A stretch of 62,571 bases of DNA, counting the filler, from Choristocarpus tenellus KU-1152 (lineage: Eukaryota > Protista > Phaeophyceae): NCBI GenBank assembly GCA_964200185.2. It is 15 parts of 15 records of this genome, joined end to end, with 100 filler letters (N's around TTAATTAATTAA, not from the genome) between each part and the next. Parts side by side here need not be neighbours in the genome. Positions count along the whole stretch, not along the records: positions 47,197 to 53,321 come from CAXNAD020008882.1; positions 53,422 to 57,642 come from CAXNAD020015619.1; positions 57,743 to 62,571 come from CAXNAD020012908.1; 12 more parts are not named here. The stretch is one strand, 5' to 3'. Shown here in pieces: positions 51,054-62,571 of this stretch. The position numbers and the translations under genes are program-made. The number at the start of each line of letters is the position of its first letter. Position 1 is the first letter of the stretch. The notes beneath the pieces are model-generated. The model was given only the letters and a program-made list of their open reading frames with translations. It did no database searches and was not told the origin of the DNA.

Positions 51054-52739
51054 TCCTATGCACTTCGTCGATGTTAGATTCCCGGACAGTGTGATTCTTT
51101 GCTCATGTGCTGTTTGTCGAAGGATTTGCTCGCCAGCATGGTTGAGAATGCGGTGAAAAACGTTGATGTGCATGGGTGTTGAAGAGACAGCTGCCGCCAA
51201 AGGTGTTTCTCCTGGGGGTGGTAACCTTTCGGCGTTAGCTGCGTACATAGATCCATTCCACTTGAAAACGAGCGGATAACCCTCCCCATCATGAATTTGG
51301 TATGCATCATTAATCAATTTGATGATCACTTTCTCAGCCCTACTTGCAGGATGAGCAGAAAGAAGGTTGAAAGTTATCTTCGGGACAAGTGCAACAGACG
51401 TCAACGTAACATTCACCCACTCATCATGGCCAACATTGAAATTTAATTAATTTTGCCGTACCCTACAATGGGCAGTGATGTGCCGTCAGTCACAGTTATT
51501 TTGTGGCCTTGTGGACATGTGGTGAATCTACATATGAGTCGAGTCTTTTGTTACACTGTTGGAGGCACCCGAATCGAAACACCACGTTTCAAGAGCATTC
51601 CAACTCACCTCGCCATTGTTAGTCATTGCGGCTAACATGGTCTTAAATTTCCTTCCTGTCCTAGCCGGTTCTCCTGATCCAGCCTCAAACTTCCTCCCTG
51701 GCCTAGCTGGTTCCTCTGATCCAGCTAGTTCTTCCGCCACCTCGTGCGGAGTCGCCCCCTGACGATATGTATTTCCCACCGATTTTGGTGGTCCTGCCCT
51801 CCTCTGAGGGCAAACAGCTTGCCGGTGTCCTTTGCTCCCGCATCTGTAGCAAAGTCCTTTATATGTGCAAGGACCTGTGTGTTTTTCCAGTCCGCACAAT
51901 TGTGCATATTTCATTTGTCCTGGCCAGCCTTCTGGGATGGGACCCTGTCATCCCAGGGTGTGTACGATGACCAGTCGTACCTTGGTTGACTCCTCGGTTA
52001 ACCCTTTTTACGGTCCGGGCGGAAAGAGCGCTCCTTGTCTCCCCGCGATCAGCTGCTTCCCGCTGTAGTGAGAAGTAACGCGAATGAGCTGCTTGTTGTA
52101 TCGTAGCTCTCGAAAGCTCACTTTTGTTATGGTGCTGGAGATAGTGTTTGGTGATCTGGTAGTCATCATCCAAACAGTCTAACATAGCGATTTCTAGGAC
52201 CTGCTCGGACGTCAAATGCCCCATCATCGCCATCTGACCAACCCAGTCCAGCATCATCGTGAAAGTGATTTGGGGATCTGATCCCCGAGGCATCTTGACC
52301 GTCGTAACTTTCCTTTGGAGTCTGGCTATTTCCTCATCTGACTGAATAAGGAAGTGTTCACGTAGTTGTTTCCTGGCTCCTGAAGGTGAGGCAGCATTCC
52401 GGACTATGCATCGGTAAGTTCCACTGGTGCTCCTCAGCAGGACGTCATAAGCCTTCTTGGCCTTGGTGACTTCGTCTTCACTGACATCTTCGCCCTTAAT
52501 GAATTCGATGTCACCCACGCTGATGGGTTCCCTCCTATACTGTAATGCCTCATCAATATCCCCCTTCGCCCCCCAAAATGCACACATTGTGGCGAACCAG
52601 TCTGCATAATTATCATCCGAAAGCTGAAGGAGTTTGGTGTGGGTCCCATCTGCGGCCATGAGTGATGTGCTTACCAATTCAAAACAAACCAGTCCGGCTG
52701 CGCCTCCCCTAGCTAGAGTTGGTGTTAGGCGCTTAAACG

Positions 52740-52993
52740 TGTTGAAAACCTTGGCGCACTTAAGGCTTGTCGCCGAAAGCTAGCAGTTGAATTACATGGT
52801 AAAGCACACACTGGATTACTAATTGCCTGTCAACCATCCATCGTCACTGACGTTTGAATGAATGTTGACGTATTATATCTCATATACGTACGTACTTTGT
52901 ATAATACCTAACCAATTATGAACGTATGTATAACCTATGTAATATACTTGTGTCAGCACCAACAACGTAAGGATAACACTAGGTTATTCGACA
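52740..52993 (-). repeat. Copia 5' LTR
   Basis: Direct repeat of 47267-47537; lies upstream of gag. Confidence 0.95.
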
Positions 52994-53730
52994 CACTCTT
53001 CCATTTGAAAACCCACTTGGAACCAATGGCCTTACGATCTAGAGGGACATCTTGTGCAAATTACCTCGGGAGGTAATGCTATTTGTTAGTAGTGAAAATA
53101 AGAAGATGTGAAGCCTCACACGCCCCCCTTTGCTGAACGTGATTACAAGGTTGAAGACTAGAAGAGTGACCTTTGTGTGTTGTGTCTTCTCATTGCTTGT
53201 TTATTATTTATTTGTGCTTCCTATCTGAGTCAACGGTCATGTCAAATATAGTTGAATGCAGAATAAATACCAATACATAATCCCATAGATAACCTGGATG
53301 TACTATTTTATTAGTTACATCNNNNNNNNNNNNNNNNNNNNNNNNNNNNNNNNNNNNNNNNNNNNTTAATTAATTAANNNNNNNNNNNNNNNNNNNNNNN
53401 NNNNNNNNNNNNNNNNNNNNNGGTTTCCCCACCGGCCGGGGGGGGGGGGGGGAGGGGCTGCTTAGTGTGCAAAACGGCCCAAACAGTCAATCAGTCACAC
53501 CCAACCAAAGTACTCAATTGATCGCTTCAAAGCAGTTAATATTCTCGAACGCATTGTAGTCAGTCACAAGCCCGTGATACACTCACAACTCCACTCATCC
53601 AAATTGGTTCATGGCGCAAAAACAAAACGACCATGACAAACAAGTATCACAACTTTAAGTTCACCACGCCTGGGTTAGTCACATAGGATCAACAGCCTGT
53701 CATCTCCGGGGTTGCCATAGGACCTTCTCC

Positions 53731-56286
53731 TTAACTCATTCTCAAGGTTGAGCATTGAGGACAGTACTGCAGGGGTGGGGGGAGGGGGGGCAGGGGGGGT
53801 ATAGATCTAATAATGTGGTTTCCTCGCCTGTACTTATTGTGCCTGGCCAAAGCAGCAGTGCAGTAGGGAACGGTGTTATCATTATGAGCATTGGCGTAGA
53901 GGTACACACTATTGCACCTTAGCAGCGCGGCATCGAATATCGAACCTGCAAGGAGGGATAATACAATGTACCATCAAAAAAAAAAATGACAGTTAGTCAT
54001 CATGGTCTCTATACCGATGTACTGTAGTGATAAAACATAAAATATATATATTTATATATACAAGAGTGTTAGCGAGTAGTAACTAGTAGTAACTAGTAGT
54101 AACTCGTAGTAACTGGTAGTAACTAGTTGTAACTAGTTGTAACTGGTAGTAACTAGTAGTAACTGGTAGTAACTAGTAGTAACTAGTAGTAACTAGTAGT
54201 AACTAGTAGTAACTATTTTATCTGGGGCGCATCTCGAATTCGGCAGGAGCTTCTCTTAGCAATGAAAGTACCTGGTTAGGATTAGGATTAGGATTAGGGT
54301 TAGGGTTACCGAATGGTAATGCGAACGTGCATCTTACTTACATTCAAAGTAGAAATATCATGCAAAAAAAAGAAAAGAGACTGACACAGAGCCACACTCT
54401 GTAAAAAAGAGGTCGCGCTCGGGTCGAGTTGCAGGAGCTAACATCGGCGCACTTGCTCAAGCACTAGACAGGCGTGTCTGCCATGCAATGAAGAAAATGC
54501 AACACCTAACCCTAACCCTAACCCTAACCCTAACCGGGGCTGGTACTACAAAAAATAAGGTGATAGGGGTATCAACGGCATAACATCAATATCCACATGC
54601 GAATGTGCTCACATACCAGGCAGAGTCATGGCCAGGAGCAGGGGAAGTCGGGTACCATCGAGCGCAGTTCCATCTCTATCCATCAAGGTCATGTGCTCGA
54701 TGGATCTACCGCCGTAGATATTTCCCAGCATACCCTTCAATCTGTTGGTGGTACGACCTAGCCAGGTTTTGGGAGAACTGAGGACACCCAGGTGGGGTGT
54801 GGCCACTGTTATCACCTGAGAGTGGGATACGGGTTAGGGTTAGGGTACAGTGATGTAAGTTTTTTGCATCATATGAAGTACATCATTTTATGGTAGGGTT
54901 AGGGCAAGGGCATCTGTTGTTCAGCTATGCTGTTTGGGAGTGTCACTATTATTGCACAAGCATACTAATACTACCATGTTAATAATACCATACTAATGCT
55001 CCAGACTATACTATCTATAACTACATTCATAACACGTTTAGAGCATGATAAGGTGGGTCATCCGTCACCCTCAACCCCAACAATGCGGGGGGTGTCCATG
55101 TTCGCACTTACCTATGGTAGTAACTGTGTTCAAACAAAGAATTTGAACGCTCAGCTTAGGTAGCACTGGATCAAACCAGAATGTAAGCAACATCTGAAAA
55201 GCAATAGATAGAGTCAACTAAAGAATCACCGTTGTACCTTGTCAAGCGTAAGACCTTTTTCCGAGAAGAATCCCATTTGGTGTAGCAACCCAATGGCGTA
55301 ACTGCCAATACAGAGGGTAAGATTAAAAAAGGAATAAAATAGTAAGCGATTATTCAATTTTAGGCTAGGGTTAGAGAAAATAATTCAATGCGATATCCAA
55401 TCCATCAGAACCCTTTCAATTTCTAGTGATTTACGTCATACTCAATGCCCACCTGACAACAGTGCAATCTAGAAATCCTGACCTTTGGCAGAGGACCAAC
55501 TGTTGAAGAAGGTATCAGGCAACAAATAATATACAACCATTACTACTCCGTAAGTGAGGTGGGAGGTGTCAGGCAACGAAAAAATTACAATGGGCATTTT
55601 TCAAGCGAGGTGTTCATATACGTAGAGTACCAGGTACATTCCGGGAATGTGCTGCTAAATGTCACTGAAGTTGCAGTTACCTATACATAAATGGGACTGA
55701 CCCAGCACGCCTACGTGAACGCAGGACACAGTGGGGAAAAGCAGCCAACTTAGCTGAAGTTCGCGTGTGGAATGAGGCGAAAACAAATTCCACGCGGACG
55801 TAACTTGAGGAGGCAGTCACCCCTCACTGAATTGTTCCCTGTTCGTGTCCACATCCGGCCCTACCCCACATGTTGCGCAACTGCAGGTACATCTTATTCC
55901 ACCATATTATTCCCATCACAAGGATGTTATTACATGTCTCTGCAATCGCAAATTCGACAATATGAAGCTCACCGCACAAATAGACCACCAGCGCTGTACC
56001 CAATGAGTGAAAGCGAAGAAATATTCTTGTTGTTCTCCAGCAAACCACTCGGCAAAAATAAGCCCCGGATCTCGGCGGCGAGACGAGTGCCGCATGTGTC
56101 AACACCACTGTAAGACTTAAGGAAAACGTTGCTGGTTGCTGCGTAGACAAAAGTTGATGATCCTCCCTGATCCTGCAACCGTGCTCTCATCCTGTCCATA
56201 TCAGATAGCCTTCCCCACATACCATGAGAGATTATAACAAGGCGGATAATGTCTCCTCCGGGAACAACTTCTTGGCCATCAGACAT
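53731..56286 (-). CDS. DUF676-type putative serine esterase/lipase (alpha/beta hydrolase). Exons 56286-55973, 55301-55238, 54815-54617 and 53945 onward; 3' end uncertain.
   Basis: Phase-consistent GT-AG exons give LVIISHGMWG, SNVFLKSYSGVDTCGTRLAAEI, nucleophile motif GYSAGG-LFVRYAIG, ITVATPHLG and LYANAHNDNTVPYCTA, all typical of DUF676/ROG1-like proteins. The last exon may splice before the in-frame TAA at 53731. Confidence 0.85.
54076..54215. repeat. (GTAGTAACT[A/G])n 10-bp minisatellite in a DUF676 gene intron
   Basis: About 14 units. Confidence 0.95.
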
Positions 56287-56747
56287 GGTGGTCAGTACCC
56301 CACGTTTCACTCACTTTACAGGGAGGGTATGAAAACAAGGATTTATGTTTGAAGTTTGAGGATTGCTAATATATACAGTACAACCTTCATTTGTTCATTG
56401 GCTAGACGTGACGTCAAATTTGTTTTGTTTATAAGTTTGTATAGAAGTAATGCTTGTAGTGATGTGCTAATATCATTCATACACATTTTGGTAACAAGGA
56501 AACTGTCTGGACATCCCTTCCACCCTCTAATATAGAGGAGGATGGAACCCATTCGTAATTGACCTGAATTTCCGTGCGGATGCGGTATGTCGACCTGGAA
56601 CACTGCTAACGTAACCACAATTCCTTAAGGGGAAAAGGGGCCTCTCCTGGATGTGGCATTCACACGTAGTATCCAACGGGACTGGCACATACATGGAAGA
56701 CTCGTCGATGAATACGTGGATTGCTGTTGCTGCCTCTGAGCCCTGAA

Positions 56748-56941
56748 ACGGTGTATTACACTTGATTCAAGAGGTACACTACCAACCGTGACGATGTATT
56801 ACACTTGATTCAAGAGGAACACTACCAACCGTGACGGTGTGTTACACATGATTTAAGAGGCACACTACCGTGACGGTGTATTACACTTGATTCAAGAGGT
56901 ACACTACCAACCGTGACGGTGTGTTACACTTGATTCAAGAG
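56748..56941. repeat. 43-bp palindromic minisatellite, about 4.5 copies
   Basis: Unit ACGGTGTATTACACTTGATTCAAGAGGTACACTACCAACCGTG repeated head-to-tail with no unique spacers. Confidence 0.93.
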
Positions 56942-57170
56942 TGGGTGGTAGGGCTTCAATTCGACATTACTAATCAACACTGACGAGGGCTTAGCACAAA
57001 ATTCAAGGGAGGAGACGAAATGACGAGCAACGGGTAGAATGGCTGAGCCCAACGTTTAATATGTCAGGCATGAACAGAGGCTGTGCAAATAGTTGTAATG
57101 GAGCAGTAAATTTACAGTCATTATCTTCTCTACAAATATAACATATTTTGGTAATATGATAATGATTTGC

Positions 57171-57642
57171 TACCTCCGTGCCATAAATCTGTGCCGCGTT
57201 GTCCATAACTTTTGAAGATGTTGGTGAAATTCGTTTCTGAACGAAAATTTGGAATCCTTGACGAATTTCTGGTTAGGGTTAGCTCTTTTATTACCGTTAC
57301 TCCCCATCCATCACAATTTTATCAAAGTCTCCAAGTCTACCTTTGGCGTGTTTTCAGGCTCACCAGACAACTGTCTCTTCCTTACCCCTGTGCTCCACAC
57401 TGAAGTCACTCCCCCCTTTGTACCTAAGTACTTGATTGTACACCACAAAAAGGAGCTGCCAAGCCCTCTTAAGTGTGGTTTCATCATAATATTACTTTTT
57501 CTTAATGATGACCTTCACCATCTCCTCAATGGACGCAAACCACGCCCCCATCCCCCGGCATTTGAAAGACCTGAAAAAGCACAGGTCCATGATATTGAGG
57601 TCGGGGGAGTTAGATGGCTGCGTCGTAAGCCTAATCGACCAC
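57171..57642 (-). mobile_element. Tc1/mariner transposon 3' end with transposase remnant (plant-type mariner, Stowaway-like TIR)
   Basis: Minus strand reads WSIRLTTQPSNSPDLNIMDLCFFRSFK then, after a frameshift, SIEEMVK...TLKRAWQLLFVVYNQVLRYKGGSDFSVEH. The terminus TA-CCTCCGTGCCATAA is at 57171. Truncated by spacer. Confidence 0.85.
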
Positions 57643-59059
57643 NNNNNNNNNNNNNNNNNNNNNNNNNNNNNNNNNNNNNNNNNNNNTTAATTAATTAANN
57701 NNNNNNNNNNNNNNNNNNNNNNNNNNNNNNNNNNNNNNNNNNCCTCATCCTTGGGCCCAGCTTCCCCCCCCCCCCAATTGTTGACCCTCTATTGGACTTG
57801 TTCGTCACTCCAGTCCAAATCTAGTGCAGCTACTACCATCAGTAAGTGATGTGGTGGAATGCCTCTCTCCTTACCAGCTATCTATCTGTTCATGCACAGC
57901 CATGGTGACCTACCTCCTCCTCCCCACAAATCGTGAATTCTGTTAGAGCTATGCTGCACATCTGGTCCAACACCCTCTCGAATTCTTGTGGTTTGGCGGC
58001 ACATGCCAGAATGCAGCAAATCATTGCTGCTCGGACTTGGCAATTGCCGTCCCCTGCACAAGGGAGAACAAAGTTCCCCTTCTCATCGCGCCACGGCCTC
58101 GAGAAACCCTTTTTCCTCTCCCAGGCTGCTCCTGGACAATGAAGCTCCTTGGAGTTGATTTCTAGAGCCGTTTTCTATTGATAGGATGGAGACAGACAGA
58201 TTGAATGACCATACGAGAAAGGGGGTTGTCTGAAAGTGGTCATAAATCCCTGGCTGGGAGAATGCATCTGTTGGTGATATCAACATCCGCAGTCTCTCAG
58301 ACAGGAGAATTCAACGTGCATGAGCCCTGCTATGACTCGGATCAACCAACCCACATCATGAGGCAACTTCTTGTTCTATGGACTCTTGTTGCAGGAATTT
58401 TCTGTAAACTGGGTGCACTGCAATAGCAACACATGCAGCTTTTGTTCATGTCTTCCCTACAGTGCTGGGGGCAGAGAGGGGTACAAGGAGGGTAGAGGGG
58501 GTGACGTGAAATGACTTGAGTTGATCGAGTTTAAGCCTCACCCTTTTTCTGACTAAAGAGGGTCTCCAGATCACCACAGCTATGATCATGACAACAGCTG
58601 CCATCACTATCCCCCAAGTGCAATACCTGCTAGCCAGCCTATTCCAAATTTTCTCCCACCGTGTGGCCTCTTCGACTGTGCTGCCCTGCTGTACCTGTTC
58701 ATTTCATGATTTGTAATTGAGTTGGGACAGGATGGGGTGTGTCTGGGGGGACAGTGAGTGAGCACGAGGTTGTAACTTGCTTGACTTTTGAGTCAGCCAT
58801 TGTGACAATGAGACGCCCCTTCTCAGTCTTTTGTTCAATTTTGTTGATGACGCTTCTCACCTCAATGCTACCCTGGCAATCACATAGCTTCAACAATCTT
58901 ATCACCCATCCACAGTGATGCCATGAATGCAACCAAAGCTTGTGAGCAGGTAGTGCCCCCCTTGTTGATTGTAGCTCGGTAATGTGTTAAAATAGATAGA
59001 TTTTGTACCCAAGACTACAATTCTATTATGGTTCAAGTACGAGCTAGTTGATATCTCAC

Positions 59060-59370
59060 CTGTTTATGCTCTTGTGCATGGATGGAGACGGTAACAGGCA
59101 CTGGTAGCCTCCTCAGTTGGTCACGAATCTTGATCAAAATGGTTATCATTCCCTGAGGAACCTTGATGTGCTGGGTTGCAGCACGGAGTCTCATGAAGAG
59201 TTCTCCAGCTCTGCCTCTGAAATCTGCCAAAGGGGAGGTCCGCAGCATCGTGGACTTCTTGTCCCCAGTGCCTTCCTTATTCCCCCTGCCATAGATATCA
59301 AGATAGGACAAGTATTTTTTCACATATGACTCTGGATTATGCTGTGCTTCTCCGTAATACATCCTTTTGC
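59060..59370 (-). CDS. Possible exon of an unidentified gene
   Basis: Open frame KRMYYGEAQHNPESYVKKYLSYLDIYGRG...HAQEHKQ lying between a CAG acceptor near 59371 and a GTGAG donor near 59059. No family recognised. Confidence 0.35.
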
Positions 59371-61998
59371 CTGCTATGTACTACAAAGTGACTTACCCAT
59401 CAACAAAAACACAACACATGACAAAAGCAGTAAGCAAGACGTGTGTTTTCCCCCTTAAAATTTCTTGTGTTTGACCAGACATCCACTATCATCAAAGATG
59501 TGTTTATTGTCCAGAGGGTATTCACTCTATGTACTCTGTCCAGCAGACGTCCATCACCAGGGCCAACAACAAATGGTTAGATTGATAGCATGGCAGGCTG
59601 ATATCACAACGAGTCAGAGTTCAATATATCTGTTGGCATGAAGATGTGGGGAGAAACCTCACGAAGCAACCCCTTGCTGCTGGAAAGTGATGAAGATTTC
59701 TCCTTATTCTATCGCACATTGGGTAGATTATAAACAGATTGCCCAAGCACAATTTCTAGCATTTTTTTTCTTGAGGTTAGCAACAGCAGCACTGAAAGTG
59801 ACAAACTGGTCAAGTTTACTTTGCGGTCAAGTTGTAGCAGAGATTGGGCTGACTAGGCTGCAAACTAAACGACTTTACAGAGTTGGATTGAAGAAATCAA
59901 GGCTCATCACGTTTGTAGTGATTTATTTATCTCTTTGGTACAGTAACAGGAACTTTGCAGCAGTAAAACACAAATGATACTGCATGATATGGTCCAGTGT
60001 GAATTGTATCGTACTGTGGTATGGTAACAGTGATTATGAAAAACAGGTACGGTGCGGTATGGTTTGGGATACCTTAAAATACTGTGTATGGCACGATAAT
60101 GGGATATTTCCCCTGGCATATCTGCAAAATGTCAGAGGGCATAATATAAAATAATGGAATGTTTGGAGGGAAAATATCACGATCAAGTATGGTAATTCCA
60201 CCATTTCCCATGGTATTTTGACGTTCAGATCACACGGTACACTGGTTCCACAGACAGTTTTCCATGGTGGTTGAGGTTTCTACCACATGTATGTGACCAT
60301 CCTACCGACACACCCTGGGAAACCCAAGACCCTCTCATGGCATACTCGGTAGCTGTCCAAATGAATGACACGCTCTCAATGTATCTATATCTGCTTGCTG
60401 AAACTACAGCATTGCCTACCTGTTGTATCATATACTCTGGAATAGTTGAAATGATACTGTGTGATAGCGTGAGGGTGTGATGATGTGGTCATCTACGAAC
60501 ACCCAAGCATCACACAAGTAACGAAAAACAAACGTGAATATGTGTAACATACACACATTGTACTATTAGAGTAAATATGTAGGCAAACCTTTACGTACTA
60601 GTGTATACATGAATTGGTATGTTTGTATGTTGGCATTACCTATTATACATCTGTCCATAGGGTACAACAACATATTTGAACATACCATACGGTATTTGTA
60701 GGGTAAATCCTGTTTACTTACTACAGACAGTGCGGTACGTTTCTTCACATTTTTATGATATTTCTTGATGGGGTACAAGGTGGCGATTACTCTTGTATTG
60801 TTTAATTTGTTTGGACGGAACAGTAGTGCGTACGACCATTCTGGTCTTACCACAGCACGGCATCGTGCGGATTACGGTTGAATGTTTTCCACAGTAAGGG
60901 TGGGGTAATTGTGAAATTACCAAGGTGCGATAGGGTAGCGAATAAGATCGTCAAAGTCCTACTATACCGTGGATTACTGCCCAAACCCTTGCTCATTACG
61001 GCGGTAGTCATTACGGTAACCGATCTTGAAGAATGTTCTTCTCACCAAGTAGTTGGAATAACCCGAGGTTTGGAGTTGCCCATCCAGTCAGGTCGCTGGA
61101 GGTTTTTTTTCTCCAGGTAGGACTTGAGGTTGACAAAAGTTGGCGGGGTGAAGACCAAAATGAAGATACATCCCGCCACAGCCAAAGGTCGGCGCCAACC
61201 CACCATATGGTTAAATGGTGTTGGCAACCTTGCTGGAACGCACTTCAAACAAACTTGGATCTATCCTCTGGAGAAGGTTCCCTAAGGGATAAGGAGGAGA
61301 ACAGGGAAGAGGCTCGGCTGTTTCAGAAGACTGAATGCTCGTGGAGAGACGATTTGTGAGCAAGTAGCTTCCTACTCGGCGATACTCTACGATAGTGGTT
61401 ACGCCCGTGGCAAGGACGATGCGAAGTGAAGTAAACTCCTCCTGCAAAGCTTATGGATACTGGGGTTTCAATAGCCCAAGAGAAATGTCTTGAGCTGCAC
61501 TTTTGTCGATGATCACGACTTACATTTCGATGGCTTTTCAAAATGCGTGATTTTGACGAGTTCCTTATTACGTGCAAACTGGCCCCTATGAACGTGGATA
61601 GATATCATATATACCACACTACATCATTTACGGTTGGGGTGACTTGAACTTTTTACAGAAGAAGTGAGGATCTTCCAAGCAAACAACACGACTGTGATAC
61701 CCAATCTGCTTATCGCAGAGATTTCTTGTTGTTGACAATGGCGCTAGACCTATCCATCAACCCACACATTTCAAGTACTCACCAGGAACCCAAACGCCAA
61801 GCCAGGAACGTCACCTATATATCATGCACGGAATATGTTGTGGGGAAGGGAGAAGAATTTCGCTGGACGCCCCATACGCTCTGATGAGGGAACCTCGAGT
61901 AATACGGAGTTGTAAGGAACGGTTACGGTCCTTGTGTGTCAAATTCTGTTGTAAAACGATTTTTTTTACTGTTTCGGCTCAGATTACACAAAAGAATA

Positions 61999-62190
61999 TA
62001 CTCCCTCTGTCTCATAAGTCTGAGTCGTTAAGTTGTGGCTCTTCCACATGACCTCCGATTACTGAACGGGCTTTGTGTTGAATTTCTTGGAATATTTTAC
62101 ACTAAAAAAACTAAATTTCAAAGAATTCTACGTCGAATTCTGTTCTGAAATGGTTCCGAAAGAATGGAACACACACAGAATGGGATATAT
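61999..62190 (+). mobile_element. Family C (Stowaway-like) MITE arm
   Basis: Begins TACTCCCTCTGTCTCATAAGTCTG, followed by ATGACCTCCGATT...TTGAATTTCTTGG like the other family C arms. Confidence 0.65.
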
Positions 62191-62571
62191 TTTAATCATT
62201 TTTTAATGTTCCTGCTTTATTAGCGTGGAGCCCCACAACAGTCTTAGAACCCTCATGGCAAGCCCCCACAGCCTGTCATCCCCGGCACAAAGCCCACCCT
62301 CTCAGGGAAAGAACTGTGAGCTGACTGAGGAAGATTGGACTCAAAGTATATATATGGGGAGGGTGTGGCAGCTGTCCGTTCGGGGCCCATTTTTCCATGT
62401 TGCGATTTTTTGGGTGATGTGGTTGCATGCGTCGGATCAATAATGTAAGTGTACTTCTCCTGGTTAGGGCCCAAATGGACACCCTGGTGTAGACCCCCCC
62501 CCCCGCCCGCCCCTCCCTCCCGGTCTGCCCCCTTCGCCCCCACGGCCCCGCCCTCCCCCCGCCCCCCCTCC

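Larger units (their letters stand above)
47267..52993 (-). mobile_element. Full-length decayed Ty1/copia LTR retrotransposon
   Basis: TG...CA LTRs at 47267-47537 and 52740-52993, flanked by 5-bp TSD CACTC (47262-47266, 52994-52998). PPT AAGGGGAGGA lies next to the 3' LTR. Domain order is gag (51859-52677, zinc knuckle CYRCGSKGHRQAVC), protease (WCFDSGAS), integrase (IFIDLTGP...NGVAERR), RT (VAKGFRQ, DVKQAF, HVDDIL) and RNase H (SSTESEY, TKHIDVRHH). Stops and frameshifts are present. Confidence 0.97.

Noticed and set aside
56748-56941. CRISPR-like palindromic repeat array
   Set aside because: Units are contiguous with no unique spacers, there are no cas genes, and the context is eukaryotic.
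58124-58160. GCTGCTCCTGGACAATGA as a last exon of PP4 (EAAP) or a UTP6 duplicate (LLLDNE)
   Set aside because: The match is very short, hits a stop at once and lies on a different contig; likely chance.
60880-61450. Possible SET-domain remnant (LFEVRSSKVAN...GL) on the minus strand
   Set aside because: Only the N-terminal motif is suggestive; no NHS or YG motifs could be recovered.

Overview
Eukaryotic, repeat-rich genomic DNA. A stramenopile such as a brown alga is my inference from the long GT-AG introns, interstitial TTAGGG tracts and TE types; it is not proven. The window is not continuous sequence. It is 15 short contigs joined by 14 artificial 100-bp spacers (N44-TTAATTAATTAA-N44), so linkage across spacers cannot be assumed. 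Host genes I can support are the first three exons of a PP4 catalytic subunit, the 5' part of UTP6, a four-exon DUF676-type serine hydrolase and a few isolated exons. Mobile DNA dominates. It includes a complete but decayed Ty1/copia element (5-bp TSD) carrying two nested insertions, a CRE-clade non-LTR 3' end with several truncated copies, a mariner-type transposase remnant with Stowaway-like MITEs, and two abundant related MITE families (A about 255 bp, B about 180 bp) with a shared AAAGTATCT TIR core and 4-bp TSDs. The best candidates for novelty are (1) a decayed intronless cassette at about 43.6-45.5 kb with two Tudor-like domains, a possible BAH-like ORF and a divergent histone-fold ORF, and (2) a 362-bp TG...CA element with 33-bp TIRs, a perfect terminal fold-back and a 5-bp TSD that splits the copia integrase zinc finger. 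All domain calls are by eye and need HMM or structure searches.
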